The notes: generated by a model not told the origin, from the sequence alone. A stretch of DNA of 37,349 nt from Bacteroidia bacterium (GCA_018058165.1 JAGPCI010000002.1:1-37349), one strand, 5' to 3'. Shown: positions 24,873 to 35,146, counted from the stretch's first letter. Numbers and translations are program-made.

Positions 24873-25787
24873 ATGAAATCACCATTAAAAGTTCATCTTG
24901 CTTTGTTTCTTGTGTCATTAATTTATGGTGCAACATTTACAATTGCTAAGCAAGTAATGCCATTATTTGTAAAACCTTTTGCATTTATTTTAATGCGGGT
25001 AACAGTGGCAGCGGTGTTAATTTTTATTTTTCATGCCATATTTATCAAACAAAAAATTACCGACAGACGTGATATATTTAAACTATGTTTTAGTGCACTT
25101 TTTGGGGTAGCATTTAACATGCTTTTGTTTTTTAAAGGTTTATCCATTACAACACCTATCAATGGTTCGGTATTAATGATGAATACACCAATTTTTGTAG
25201 TGGTATTTGCAGCACTGTATTTAAAAGAAAAAATTACTTGGCAAAAAATATTTGGGATAGTAGTTGCAGCAATTGGTGCAATTTTTTTAATGGGTGGCAC
25301 AAAATTTAATTTTAGTGCGCAAACGGTTTGGGGTGATGTAATGGTAACTGCAAACGCAATTATCTATGCCTTTTATTTGGTTTATGCAAAATCGCTTATG
25401 CAAAAGTACCATCCTTTAACAGTTACCATGTGGAGTTTTGTTTTTGGTTTTATAGTTGTGCTTCCTTTTGGTATAGGCGAGTTTACCGAAATTAATTTTG
25501 CATCATTTTCCCCTAAAATATGGGTTTTTATTGCCTTTGTAACCGTAGGTTCTACTTTTTTAACCTATGTTTTAAATGCATATGCTTTGCGTAAAGCAAG
25601 TTCATCATTGGTGGGTAGTTATATTTATTTACAACCCGTTTTAGCCACCTTAATTGCAATTTTTTCGGGTAAAGATTTATTAACCCTCGAGAAATTATCA
25701 TACATATTGATTATTTTTTGTGGTGTGTTTTTGGTTAGTTATAAAAAAACTCAACCCATAAAAATGACTGCTGCGTTAAAGCAATAG
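24873..25787 (+). CDS. EamA/DMT superfamily transporter
   Basis: 304 aa with ten TM helices in two EamA-like halves. It starts 2 nt after the MATE stop. Confidence 0.75.
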   Translation: MKSPLKVHLALFLVSLIYGATFTIAKQVMPLFVKPFAFILMRVTVAAVLIFIFHAIFIKQKITDRRDIFKLCFSALFGVAFNMLLFFKGLSITTPINGSVLMMNTPIFVVVFAALYLKEKITWQKIFGIVVAAIGAIFLMGGTKFNFSAQTVWGDVMVTANAIIYAFYLVYAKSLMQKYHPLTVTMWSFVFGFIVVLPFGIGEFTEINFASFSPKIWVFIAFVTVGSTFLTYVLNAYALRKASSSLVGSYIYLQPVLATLIAIFSGKDLLTLEKLSYILIIFCGVFLVSYKKTQPIKMTAALKQ

Positions 25788-25830
25788 TTTATTTTTTTTG
25801 GGGTTTGATTTTTTGTATTCGTTTCAAAAA

Positions 25831-25865
25831 AAAGAGCCACCTAAAATAAATTTAGACAGCTCTTT
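25831..25865. terminator. Putative bidirectional terminator
   Basis: AAAGAGC-cac-CTAAA-ataaa-TTTAG-aca-GCTCTTT, flanked by an A-run and a T-run. It lies between convergent genes. Confidence 0.45.
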
Positions 25866-25890
25866 TAAATATATAAGGTAGTATTATCTG

Positions 25891-26580
25891 CTACCAATCT
25901 TCTTCGTCAACAATAATAGGATCTTTCATGTTTACCACTAAATTGTCTATTAATTTAGTAATATCTCGGTCGGCATCGCGCAATATTTTATCATAAATTT
26001 TTACCGATTTTGGAGAGGTATAATAAAATTCGAAATAGTTGCGAGGGGCACTACCATTGTTAGGCTTACGGCCTTCATGTACTAAGCTACTTATTTGGTA
26101 TTTATATCTTCCTTCTTTAATCCAAATGGTTACTTTAAACTGGTGCAAACCTATACTACGTTTTGTGTATTTGCTATTGTAGTTATTAGCTGGTATTATT
26201 CCATTAATAATCAGTTTTTGGTTTTTCTTATCAATCTCGTATAAATTTTTTTCTAGCTTACCAAAGCGTGCTTCTGCCCAACGTTTGGCTCTAATGTATA
26301 ACGAGTCTGAACCGGTATCTTCCTGTTCTATTACACCTAAGTATGTTATTAAGTTAGTAACCGAATCAATGTATAAAACAATACGCTCAAATGGTTTCGG
26401 AATAAGTGAACTATCAACTTCTTCAGCAGGTTCTATCGGGTTTCCATATTCGTCATATTGTTGTTCTGCACTATCAGGCATTTCGGTATCGTAACCGCCT
26501 GTCTCCTCAGGGTTTTGTATTTGAGCAAAGCCTACTATACTCATTACACTAAATACAAATAATAATATTCTTTTTTTCAT
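25891..26580 (-). CDS. Secreted hypothetical protein (DUF4468-like C-terminal domain?)
   Basis: Signal peptide MKKRILLFVFSVMSIVGFAQ, an acidic N-terminal region and a C-terminal beta-rich domain (KVTIWIKEGRYKYQISSL). The family call is from recall only. Confidence 0.5.
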   Translation of the reverse strand: MKKRILLFVFSVMSIVGFAQIQNPEETGGYDTEMPDSAEQQYDEYGNPIEPAEEVDSSLIPKPFERIVLYIDSVTNLITYLGVIEQEDTGSDSLYIRAKRWAEARFGKLEKNLYEIDKKNQKLIINGIIPANNYNSKYTKRSIGLHQFKVTIWIKEGRYKYQISSLVHEGRKPNNGSAPRNYFEFYYTSPKSVKIYDKILRDADRDITKLIDNLVVNMKDPIIVDEEDW

Positions 26581-26743
26581 TCTCAGTCTTTCCTATTTAT
26601 ACGCTATTAATTTACGTTATACGTTCGCCAAAAATAGAAAATCATTTTGTTTTTCAAACCTCATTGTAAACGATATTTTTGTAGCGCTGTTTACAAAACT
26701 AAACTAACTTAGCTTAGTTTATTGTAAATAGCCTAATAATAAT

Positions 26744-28450
26744 ATGCAGCAACACGTACATTCTATTGCAATAACCTGTCGTTTACTTGGTGTTAAACAT
26801 GTGGTTATCAGCCCTGGTTCTCGTTCGGCTCCATTGGCTTTGGCTTTTGCGCAGCTTAAAAAATTTAACATAACTGTAGCAGTCGATGAACGTGCAGGGG
26901 CATATATTGCTCTTGGTATTGCCCAACAAAAACAAATTCCGGTGGTGCTTATTTGTACTTCTGGTACAGCTTCTGCCAATTATTTACCCGCAATTACTGA
27001 GGCTTTTTATCAAAAAATACCGCTTTTGGTGCTTACTGCCGATAGGCCAGAGGAGCTATTAAATCAACAAGATGGACAAATGATTAATCAGCAAAACCTC
27101 TATGGCAGCCACGTTCGCGGGTTTTATCAGCTTAAAAGTTATGCGCATGGAAACGAGAATCATCGTGAAACTACTGCAGTAGTTGCCGATGCTATTGGTA
27201 AAACCACATTTCCGGCCAAAGGTCCTGTGCATATTAATATTCCATTAAAAGAACCATTATATGCTCAAAACACTTCAAATGGCAAGTTATCCACACTCGA
27301 AAAAAATATTTTTAAGTGGTTAAGCCAACATGTTCATAAATCTGCTGCTAAATTTATTGATACAGATTATAGTCAATTAGAACATGCTTGGATTAATTCA
27401 TCAAAAAAAATAATATTAATTGGGCAAGGTGCTATGCACGAAACTTGGATTACTCCACTGTTATCATTAAAAAACAATAATAATGTTGTAATACTAACCG
27501 ATGTGGTAAGTAATAAACACAGCATATCAACTATTAATAATTTTGATAAACTTATTAGTGCTGCCAATTCAAATTTATTAAACAGCCTTCAACCCGATTT
27601 TATTATTAGTGTGGGCGGTCCAGTGTTGTCAAAAAGCTTTAAAAATTGGCTCAAAAATCAGCAACCAAAATGGCATTTTCGTATTCAACAAGAAACCGAA
27701 ATGGTAAATACTTATGGCAATATTACACAAACAATTAATGCTAGGGTTGATGATGTTTTTAACCAACTGGCAAGTATTCAGTTTACAAAAGAATCAAGCA
27801 AAAATTTTAGTCAAATTTGGGTTGATGCAAGTTTAAAATTAAGTAATGCGGTAAACAAATTCACCAACAAATCTGTTTGGAGTGAGTTACATGTTACCAA
27901 TAAAATTTTGCAACATATTCCTTTAGGTGCTAATGTGCAACTGGCCAATAGCAGTGTAGTGCGTTATGTTAGCTGGCTTGGTAATTTAAATGAAAGTTGG
28001 TTAATAAATAGTAACCGTGGCACAAGTGGTATTGATGGATGCACAAGTACCGCCTTAGGTGCTGCAACAGTAAACAATCGTTTAACAGTTTTGCTTACTG
28101 GCGATTTGGCTTTTTTGTATGATAAAAATGCATTTTGGTTAACTAAAATTCCAAACAACTTACGCGTTGTAGTGTTAAATAATGGCGGTGGTGGTATATT
28201 TACTTTAATTGATGGCCCAACAAACCAAAAAGAATACGCAAGTTTGTTTACCACACCTCACAAACAATCTGTTAAATCTGTAGCTACCGATAATCAATTA
28301 GATTATTACTTTTGCGATAATTATTCGAAATTAAATAAAGCATTGGTTAAGTTTTTTGACCCAACTGCTGGCCCTGCAATTTTGGAATTAGCATTTAGTA
28401 TGAAAGATAATGCAAAGGTTTTTGAAACGTTTAAAAAAATAAAAATATAA
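26744..28450 (+). CDS. menD: 2-succinyl-5-enolpyruvyl-6-hydroxy-3-cyclohexene-1-carboxylate synthase
   Basis: 568 aa with N-terminal [10 protein letters not shown] and ICTSGTA, and the ThDP motif [20 protein letters not shown]. Confidence 0.85.
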   Translation: MQQHVHSIAITCRLLGVKHVVISPGSRSAPLALAFAQLKKFNITVAVDERAGAYIALGIAQQKQIPVVLICTSGTASANYLPAITEAFYQKIPLLVLTADRPEELLNQQDGQMINQQNLYGSHVRGFYQLKSYAHGNENHRETTAVVADAIGKTTFPAKGPVHINIPLKEPLYAQNTSNGKLSTLEKNIFKWLSQHVHKSAAKFIDTDYSQLEHAWINSSKKIILIGQGAMHETWITPLLSLKNNNNVVILTDVVSNKHSISTINNFDKLISAANSNLLNSLQPDFIISVGGPVLSKSFKNWLKNQQPKWHFRIQQETEMVNTYGNITQTINARVDDVFNQLASIQFTKESSKNFSQIWVDASLKLSNAVNKFTNKSVWSELHVTNKILQHIPLGANVQLANSSVVRYVSWLGNLNESWLINSNRGTSGIDGCTSTALGAATVNNRLTVLLTGDLAFLYDKNAFWLTKIPNNLRVVVLNNGGGGIFTLIDGPTNQKEYASLFTTPHKQSVKSVATDNQLDYYFCDNYSKLNKALVKFFDPTAGPAILELAFSMKDNAKVFETFKKIKI

Positions 28451-28466
28451 CTGTATAAAAAATAAT

Positions 28467-29291
28467 ATGGAAAGTAAATACGACTGGAAAACGATTAAGG
28501 AATACCAAGAAATTAAATATTCTTTTTTTGAAGGTGTTGCAAAAATTAGCATCAATAGGCCCGAAAAACACAATGCTTTTACACCGCTTACCGTAAAAGA
28601 AATGAGTGAAGCAATGGAACTTGCTCGCCAAGACGAAAATGTATATTGTGTAATTTTAACAGGCGAAGGTGGCAAGGCATTTTGTAGCGGAGGCGATCAA
28701 ACGGTACGCGGTCATGGTGGTTATGTGGGAGATGATGGTGTACCTCGCTTAAACGTGTTAGATTTACAAATGCAAATTCGTAGAATACCTAAACCAGTAA
28801 TTGCAATGGTGGCTGGCTGGGCAATAGGTGGCGGACATGTTTTGCATGTAATTTGTGATTTATCTATTGCTGCCGAAAATGCAAAATTTGGTCAAACAGG
28901 GCCTAAAGTGGGTAGTTTTGATGGTGGTTTTGGGGCTGGATATTTAGCGCGTGTGGTTGGACAAAAAAAGGCACGCGAAATTTGGTTTTTGTGTGATCAG
29001 TACAATGCGCAAGATGCATTAGATATGGGCTTAGTAAATAAAGTTGTTCCTTTAGAAATGTTAGAAGATGCTACTTTAGATTGGTGCAGAAAAATAATGG
29101 AAAAAAGCCCTATTGCTTTGCGCATGTTAAAAAGTGCATTTAATGCCGATTTAGATGGCCAAGCAGGTATTCAGGAGTTGGCAGGTAACAGTACTTTGCT
29201 TTATTACATGAGCGAAGAAGCTAAAGAAGGTAAAAACTCTTTCTTAGAAAAACGTAAACCAGACTTTAAAAAATTCCCTAAATTTCCTTAG
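28467..29291 (+). CDS. menB: 1,4-dihydroxy-2-naphthoyl-CoA synthase
   Basis: Crotonase fold with the motifs [31 protein letters not shown] and [14 protein letters not shown]. Confidence 0.92.
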   Translation: MESKYDWKTIKEYQEIKYSFFEGVAKISINRPEKHNAFTPLTVKEMSEAMELARQDENVYCVILTGEGGKAFCSGGDQTVRGHGGYVGDDGVPRLNVLDLQMQIRRIPKPVIAMVAGWAIGGGHVLHVICDLSIAAENAKFGQTGPKVGSFDGGFGAGYLARVVGQKKAREIWFLCDQYNAQDALDMGLVNKVVPLEMLEDATLDWCRKIMEKSPIALRMLKSAFNADLDGQAGIQELAGNSTLLYYMSEEAKEGKNSFLEKRKPDFKKFPKFP

Positions 29292-29322
29292 TTAATTGGA
29301 AGTAATGGTTAAAACAAATAAC

Positions 29323-29357
29323 AAAAAAAGCAGCTCAATTTTGAGCTGCTTTTTTTA
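29323..29357. terminator. Bidirectional rho-independent terminator
   Basis: AAAAAAAGCAGCTCA-attt-TGAGCTGCTTTTTTT: a 9-bp stem with an A7 run on one side and a T7 run on the other. It lies between convergent menB and rsfS. Confidence 0.8.
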
Positions 29358-29380
29358 TATAAATACCTTAATTGTAAATG

Positions 29381-29968
29381 CTATTTACCTTTAAATTTTA
29401 CTTCTTTGGCATCACCCCAAAGTTCTTCAATTGCATAAAACTCGCGTTTTTCTTGCTGAAAAACATGTGCTACCACATCAATATAATCTAATAAAACCCA
29501 TTCTAGGTTTTCAAAACCTTCTTTATGCCAAGGTTTTTCTTGTAATATTTTTACAGTTTCGTCTTCTGCACTGTTCGCAATTGCTTCAACTTGTTTATCA
29601 CTTTCTGCATGACTAATTACAAAAAAATCGCTACTTGCACCTTTTACTTCACGCATATCTAGAATACGAATGTCTTCCGCCTTTTTTTCGTACATACCTT
29701 GTGCAACACACATGGCCAAAATTAATGCTTGGTCGGCAGTGCTTGGTTTGCTGCTGCGTTCTGGCCTAACTCCTTTTGGTTTTGTTGTAACTGTTTTCTT
29801 AGCTATAGGTTTTTTTTCTTTACTAAGTTTTTTAATTTCCTTATCAAGTGCTTGCGCCTCTTGTGCTGCTTTACTTAATTTTTTTGGCGCTGCTTTTTTG
29901 GCGCCTTTCGCTGCTGTTTTTCCAGCGGTTTTTTTAGCAGCGGTTTTTTTAGCTGGTGTTTTTGCCAT
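29381..29968 (-). CDS. rsfS: Ribosome silencing factor RsfS with an ~80-aa Lys/Ala-rich N-terminal extension
   Basis: The C-terminal ~115 aa are RsfS/Iojap-like (KKAEDIRILDMREV..SDFFVISHAESDKQVEAI..WVLLDYIDVVAHVFQQEKREFYAIEELW). The N-terminus is AKKTAAKKTAGKTAAKGAKKAAPKK. Confidence 0.8.
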   Translation of the reverse strand: MAKTPAKKTAAKKTAGKTAAKGAKKAAPKKLSKAAQEAQALDKEIKKLSKEKKPIAKKTVTTKPKGVRPERSSKPSTADQALILAMCVAQGMYEKKAEDIRILDMREVKGASSDFFVISHAESDKQVEAIANSAEDETVKILQEKPWHKEGFENLEWVLLDYIDVVAHVFQQEKREFYAIEELWGDAKEVKFKGK

Positions 29969-29977
29969 TACTCTGTA

Positions 29978-29985
29978 TAACTTTG
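29978..29985 (+). promoter_or_regulatory. Bacteroidota -7 element TAACTTTG for birA
   Basis: A perfect match to TAnnTTTG that ends 19 nt before the birA ATG (30005). Confidence 0.4.
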
Positions 29986-29988
29986 GTG

Positions 29989-29996
29989 CAAAAGTA
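29989..29996 (-). promoter_or_regulatory. Bacteroidota -7 element TACTTTTG for rsfS
   Basis: The reverse complement of CAAAAGTA is a perfect TAnnTTTG that ends 20 nt before the rsfS ATG (29968). Confidence 0.4.
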
Positions 29997-30004
29997 ATCT
30001 TTTA

Positions 30005-30754
30005 ATGGATATAAACTCATTAACACAATCGGTGCAGTTTAAAATTGAGCACTTTAAGGTTGTTACATCTACCAATACATTGGCCAAACAAAGGCTTTCG
30101 CAAGGCCAAGCTTACGAAGGTTTAGTGCTTTTAACTAACGAGCAAACTGAGGGCAGGGGCCAACTTAACAGCGTTTGGGAGAGTTGTGCTGGAGAAAACA
30201 TACTGTGCTCGGTAATTTTATTACCAACATTTTTATCAATATCACAACAAACGTATTTAAACATGGCAATTTGTTTAGCAATGTTCGATACAATCAATAA
30301 ATATACCTCATCCGTATTTATAAAATGGCCTAACGATATTTATATCAACAATAAAAAAGTAGCTGGTTTATTGCTCGAAAACGCAATTCAAGGTAATTCC
30401 ATTAAATATAGTATTGCTGGAATGGGTATTAATGTTAATCAACAAATATTTAGTACTGATAAGGCAACATCCTTATCAACCCAAACCAATCACAAATATG
30501 TTTTAATTGATTTGCTGAATGAATTGTTAAGCAATATTAATAACCGATATGGCCAGTTAAAACTAAAACAATGGCCGGCAATTTTTAACGAGTACCACAA
30601 ACACTTATTGGGCTTAAATAAATTGCTTACTTTTAAAACCCAAAACCAACAATTTGAAGGAACTATTTTGGGTGTTAATACCAATGGTCAACTGCAAGTA
30701 AAACGCGGTGATGAAATTTTAAATTTTGGTGTAAAAGAAATTAGCATGTTATGA
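30005..30754 (+). CDS. birA: Biotin--[acetyl-CoA-carboxylase] ligase (class I, no HTH)
   Basis: Motifs GRGQLNSVWES and KWPNDIYINNKKVAGLLLE, plus a C-terminal SH3-like tail. Confidence 0.85.
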   Translation: MDINSLTQSVQFKIEHFKVVTSTNTLAKQRLSQGQAYEGLVLLTNEQTEGRGQLNSVWESCAGENILCSVILLPTFLSISQQTYLNMAICLAMFDTINKYTSSVFIKWPNDIYINNKKVAGLLLENAIQGNSIKYSIAGMGINVNQQIFSTDKATSLSTQTNHKYVLIDLLNELLSNINNRYGQLKLKQWPAIFNEYHKHLLGLNKLLTFKTQNQQFEGTILGVNTNGQLQVKRGDEILNFGVKEISML

Positions 30755-31479
30755 TAACATTAGCAATAGATATAGGTAATACTAGAATTAAAGCGGCTGT
30801 ATTTAATCAGCATTATTTGGTTGAAGAAATTATTATTTCGCAAACCAATGATTTAGAAATATTTATTAATAACCATAAACCTCAACATGCCGTAATGTGT
30901 GCGGTAGGGCAAGGAGCTGATGAAGTTGCTAAATTTATAACACAGCAAAATATGCCATTGTTAAGGGTTACTTATCAAACAAAATTTCCGTTTGCTATAC
31001 AATATCAAACACCTGAAACTTTAGGTATGGATAGGCTAGCGGGAGTGGCAGCTGCACAAGGTTTATTTGCTAACAACAATTGCTTGGTAATTGATGCAGG
31101 TACTTGTATTACCTATGATTTTATTTCGGCTGATGCACAATATAAAGGAGGGGCAATTGCACCAGGTTTGCAAATGCGGTTGCAGGCTATGCATCATTTT
31201 ACACATAAATTACCGCAACCAGCTTTAGTTTGGCCAGATGATTTTGAAGGTAAATCTACAAATCAATCGTTATTAAGTGGTGTTTGTTTTGGCGTAGCCG
31301 ATGAAATAAATGGAAAAATTACTCGTTATACCCAGCATTATGGCCATTTACAGGTATTATTATGCGGTGGTGATGCAGTAATGTTGGCTAAACACATAAA
31401 AAACAACATATTTGCAGCACCTTCATTAGTTTTGATGGGGTTAAATCAAATTTTATTATTCAATGTTAACAAAGGCTAA
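30751..31479 (+). CDS. coaX: Type III pantothenate kinase
   Basis: Motifs LAIDIGNTRIK, LGMDR and IDAGTCITYD. It has a 4-nt overlap with birA. Confidence 0.88.
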   Translation: MITLAIDIGNTRIKAAVFNQHYLVEEIIISQTNDLEIFINNHKPQHAVMCAVGQGADEVAKFITQQNMPLLRVTYQTKFPFAIQYQTPETLGMDRLAGVAAAQGLFANNNCLVIDAGTCITYDFISADAQYKGGAIAPGLQMRLQAMHHFTHKLPQPALVWPDDFEGKSTNQSLLSGVCFGVADEINGKITRYTQHYGHLQVLLCGGDAVMLAKHIKNNIFAAPSLVLMGLNQILLFNVNKG

Positions 31480-32749
31480 AGGCCTCTTCAGTATGTTTTT
31501 GGTACTGTTAGGGTATCAATTATCGGCACAAAATTTATCCAAATCGCCTTACTCGGCACTTGGTATAGGCGATATGCAATTTGGCGGAAGCGCTTGGATG
31601 CATGGCATGGGGCAAGTAAATCAGGGCATAAGTTTGCCAACTTCAATTAACAACCAAAATCCTGCTTCATACGGTGGTTTATTATTAAGCACTTGGGATG
31701 TGGGCGGAGTTGGAGCAATTGGAAATGTTTCCTCAAAAACTACATCAGGCAGTTTTAGTACCGCCTCATTAGCGTATATTTCGCTTGGTTTACCTATTTC
31801 TCAAAAACTTAGCTGGGGAGTTAGTATGGGTTTAATGCCTTACAGTGCCGTAGGTTATAATGTAACTAGGCAAGTTAATAATGCCGCTTTTACAGGTACC
31901 GAAAAAATTGAAGGCCGAGGTGGCTTATCAAAGTTTTACATAGGTTCGGGCATACGCGTTTTTAAAGGTTTGTCGGTTGGTGTAAACGGTTCATATGTAT
32001 ATGGACAAATAAGTAACAGCAATTTATTAAGTATTCCTACCGACTCTATAATGTATAATTTGGTAGAAAATAGAGATAAATATGTTGGAGGAATGATGGT
32101 GGAACTTGGCTTGCAATACACAGATACTTTTGTTTACAAACAACGTAAATACAGTTATGGTATTGGTGCTACTTATAGTCCGCAAACACAGTTAGCAGCA
32201 ACAGATAATTATAATGTACGTACTTTAGGCGTAGGTGTTACGTCAATAGGTAGTATTGGAAAAGATACTGTGGCCAACAACAATAACAATGAAGGCCATA
32301 TAGTAATACCAATGTATTTAAAAGGTGGCGTGTTTTTTCAGGAAGTTAATAAATGGGGTGTTGGTGTTGATGTAGGTTATAATAACTGGGCTAATTATGC
32401 TGGATTAGGTGTACGCGATTCATTAAAAAACATGACAAGTTTTAGTGCAGGAGGTTTTTTTATACCAAGTGCTTTTGATGCTAAAAATTACTTTAATAGA
32501 ATAGAATATAGGGCAGGAGTTAGATACGATAACGGCATGTTAAGTGCTAATGGGGTTGATGTTTCAACCTTAGCAATTTCAATTGGGTTAGGTTTGCCAT
32601 TAGGTAAGTCGCGCTCTAAAGTTAACTTGTCGGCCGAGTACATGATGCGTGGTTCTACCGAACAAAAATTGGTAAAAGAAGAGTATTTACGTTTTGTTAT
32701 CGGTGTTTCTATTGCTGATAAATGGTTTCAAAGGTATAGATACGATTAA
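31463..32749 (+). CDS. Putative outer-membrane beta-barrel protein
   Basis: Signal peptide (MFLVLLGYQLSAQ; alternative start at 31493) and Gly/aromatic-rich alternating beta-strand pattern throughout. I recognise no family. Confidence 0.45.
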   Translation: MLTKAKGLFSMFLVLLGYQLSAQNLSKSPYSALGIGDMQFGGSAWMHGMGQVNQGISLPTSINNQNPASYGGLLLSTWDVGGVGAIGNVSSKTTSGSFSTASLAYISLGLPISQKLSWGVSMGLMPYSAVGYNVTRQVNNAAFTGTEKIEGRGGLSKFYIGSGIRVFKGLSVGVNGSYVYGQISNSNLLSIPTDSIMYNLVENRDKYVGGMMVELGLQYTDTFVYKQRKYSYGIGATYSPQTQLAATDNYNVRTLGVGVTSIGSIGKDTVANNNNNEGHIVIPMYLKGGVFFQEVNKWGVGVDVGYNNWANYAGLGVRDSLKNMTSFSAGGFFIPSAFDAKNYFNRIEYRAGVRYDNGMLSANGVDVSTLAISIGLGLPLGKSRSKVNLSAEYMMRGSTEQKLVKEEYLRFVIGVSIADKWFQRYRYD

Positions 32750-32752
32750 TAA

Positions 32753-33283
32753 ATGCGTAACTACTTACTAATATTGTTAAGCCTAATTATTGCTGCTTGT
32801 GGCAATAATACAGAAGAGGTAAAACGAATTACGGATGATAAAATAATTCCGATAGAAACAGGAAAAGATGTTACTATAAACTATACCGATAGTGGCTATA
32901 CCAAAGCCAAAGTTACCGCAACTTTATTAGAGCGATACGCTACTGAAGATAAAAACTACACCGAAATGCGTAAAGGCGTGCATGTAATATTTTATAATAA
33001 ACAAGGTGTTATCGAGAGTTTTTTAAAATCTAAATATGCCATTCGTTACGATCGCGAAAAAAAGATGATTGCCAGAAATGATGTAGAAGTTTTAAATACT
33101 AATGGCGACACTTTACGCACCGAAGAGCTTATTTGGGATGAAGCCACACAGCTTGTTACTTCTGATAAGTTTGTGCGCATTACAACCAAAACAGAAATTA
33201 TTATGGGTGATGGTTTTGAGTCGGACATTACTTTTAAAAATCCCAAGATATATAAGATAAGGGGCATTGTAAATTTAAAATGA
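32753..33283 (+). CDS. lptC: LPS export system periplasmic protein LptC-like
   Basis: 176 aa with the N-terminal anchor/lipobox IIAAC and OstA-like beta-jellyroll motifs (LIWDEATQLVTSDKFVRI, IMGDGFESD). Confidence 0.55.
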   Translation: MRNYLLILLSLIIAACGNNTEEVKRITDDKIIPIETGKDVTINYTDSGYTKAKVTATLLERYATEDKNYTEMRKGVHVIFYNKQGVIESFLKSKYAIRYDREKKMIARNDVEVLNTNGDTLRTEELIWDEATQLVTSDKFVRITTKTEIIMGDGFESDITFKNPKIYKIRGIVNLK

Positions 33284-33350
33284 CAGAAAAGGCAATTCGC
33301 TTTTTAAAGTTTAAACAATTTGCAAGTTTTATTAGCGCTTATTTAAATTA

Positions 33351-33689
33351 ATGTTTGGCAAACACCGCATATTAGAAAACCTACACATACCATTGTGGTT
33401 GTTAAAAGATACTTGCTGGCTATTAAGTTTTAAATTTATTGGCACTTTAATTTCTATCCCTACTTTATTAATAGCCTTAACTTTGGTGGTAATATCTATA
33501 AAATTCCCTAAACGATTTTGGCCAAACTTAGCCGTGTTTTTTTGGATTAGCGCAAATAGCACTTGGATGATAGGTGAGTTTTATCAACTTAACTTTGTTA
33601 CCCCTGCATTAGTACTTTTTGCGCTTGGTTTGATGTCGAGTTTGGTTTACGTATACATGATTTTTTTCATAAAAAAGCCCAATACTTAA
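33351..33689 (+). CDS. Hypothetical small membrane protein
   Basis: 112 aa with 3-4 hydrophobic helices. I recognise no family. Confidence 0.4.
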   Translation: MFGKHRILENLHIPLWLLKDTCWLLSFKFIGTLISIPTLLIALTLVVISIKFPKRFWPNLAVFFWISANSTWMIGEFYQLNFVTPALVLFALGLMSSLVYVYMIFFIKKPNT

Positions 33690-33823
33690 CAAATAAAAAA
33701 AATATCACAATAAATTGTTGGGATTATTTCACTAATCAAAAAACAAATACTAATTTTACGCGGTTTATTTATCATAAAGACAAGTAAACAGTCACTTCGT
33801 TTTATAGGTTTTAATAGAACACA

Positions 33824-35146
33824 ATGGATAAAATTAAAAATAGGTTTGAAGAATTTGGCTTACCTAAAGCAGCAGAAATTAAAGAATTTTTAAAGGCAAA
33901 TGCCGATGTACCAATGGGTAGCTACAACCTTGATGCTGTAGCTTCTGGCATGAAGGGCATGATTGGTCTTATTACAGAAACATCATTGTTGGATGCAGAA
34001 GAAGGCATACGCTTTAGAGGATATAGTATACCTGAATTAAGAGAAAAACTACCTCGCTTAGAAGGTACTACAGAGCCATTACCTGAAGGTTTGTTCTATT
34101 TAATGTTAATTGGTAAAATACCTACTTACGATGAAATGTATGAAGTAGGTAGCAATTGGACAAAACGCGCTGTGGTTCCTAAACACGTGTTTAATGTAAT
34201 TGATGCTTTGCCAACTACTACACATCCTATGACGCAGTTTTCGGTGGCTATTATGGCCATGCAAACCGAAAGTGAATTTGCTGCTGCATACCGCGATGGT
34301 GTAAATAAAAAAGATTATTGGGTAGCAACTTTCGAGGATTCAATGAATTTGATTGCTCGTTTACCTCGTGTCGCAGCATATATTTACCGCAGAACATATA
34401 AAAACAATGTTCATATCGAACCAAATCCAAAATTAGATTGGGCAGCGAATTTTGCACACATGTTAGGTTTTGGCGATATGCCAGAATTTAAAGAATTGAT
34501 GCGCTTATACATGGTTATCCATGCAGATCATGAAGGTGGAAACGTTTCTGCACATACTACTCATTTAGTAGGTTCTGCTTTAAGTGATCCATACTTGGCA
34601 TTTTCTGCCGCTATGAACGGTTTAGCTGGTCCATTACACGGCCTTGCTAATCAAGAAGTAATTCGTTGGGTATTGGAGTTGCAAGAAGCATTAGGCGGAG
34701 GAAAACCAAGCAAAAAACAAATTGAAGATTACATTCATAAAACCATTAGCGAAGGTAAAGTAGTACCAGGTTACGGACATGCCGTGTTACGTAAAACCGA
34801 CCCTCGTTTTACAGCACAAATGGAGTTTGCTAAAACACACATGCCAACTGATGAATTGGTAAATATTGTTTGGGATGTTTACGAAATTGCACCAGTGATT
34901 TTAGGCAACTACAAAAAAATCAAAAATCCTTGGCCAAATGTTGATGCACACAGTGGTGCTATTTTGTTGCATTATGGTTTAAAGGAGTATGATTTCTTTA
35001 CTGTATTATTTGGTGTTTCGCGTGCTTTAGGTGTGCTTACTTCATTAATATGGGATAGGGCTTTAGGTTCGCCTTTAGAGCGTCCTAAGTCGGTAACTTA
35101 CGAGTGGCTTAAAGAAAAAGTAGCAGCGCAATCGCAAGCAAAATAA
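33824..35146 (+). CDS. gltA: Citrate synthase
   Basis: 440 aa with the motifs GPLHGLANQEV, VPGYGHAVLRKTDPR and NVDAHSG. Confidence 0.92.
   Translation: MDKIKNRFEEFGLPKAAEIKEFLKANADVPMGSYNLDAVASGMKGMIGLITETSLLDAEEGIRFRGYSIPELREKLPRLEGTTEPLPEGLFYLMLIGKIPTYDEMYEVGSNWTKRAVVPKHVFNVIDALPTTTHPMTQFSVAIMAMQTESEFAAAYRDGVNKKDYWVATFEDSMNLIARLPRVAAYIYRRTYKNNVHIEPNPKLDWAANFAHMLGFGDMPEFKELMRLYMVIHADHEGGNVSAHTTHLVGSALSDPYLAFSAAMNGLAGPLHGLANQEVIRWVLELQEALGGGKPSKKQIEDYIHKTISEGKVVPGYGHAVLRKTDPRFTAQMEFAKTHMPTDELVNIVWDVYEIAPVILGNYKKIKNPWPNVDAHSGAILLHYGLKEYDFFTVLFGVSRALGVLTSLIWDRALGSPLERPKSVTYEWLKEKVAAQSQAK

Noticed and set aside
26719-26979. 86-aa minus-strand ORF overlapping the menD start
   Set aside because: It is antisense to the conserved menD N-terminus ([10 protein letters not shown]) and is most simply explained as spurious.
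28388-28675. 95-aa and 66-aa minus-strand ORFs spanning the menD/menB junction
   Set aside because: They are antisense to two well-supported genes and give AT-rich, Phe/Ile/Lys-biased translations.
29670-30005. 111-aa plus-strand ORF opposite the rsfS 5' region
   Set aside because: It is a mirror image of the Lys/Ala repeat (GCN/AAR codons stay open in antisense) and gives a hydrophobic Phe/Leu/Ala string. The minus frame is contiguous with a recognisable RsfS domain.
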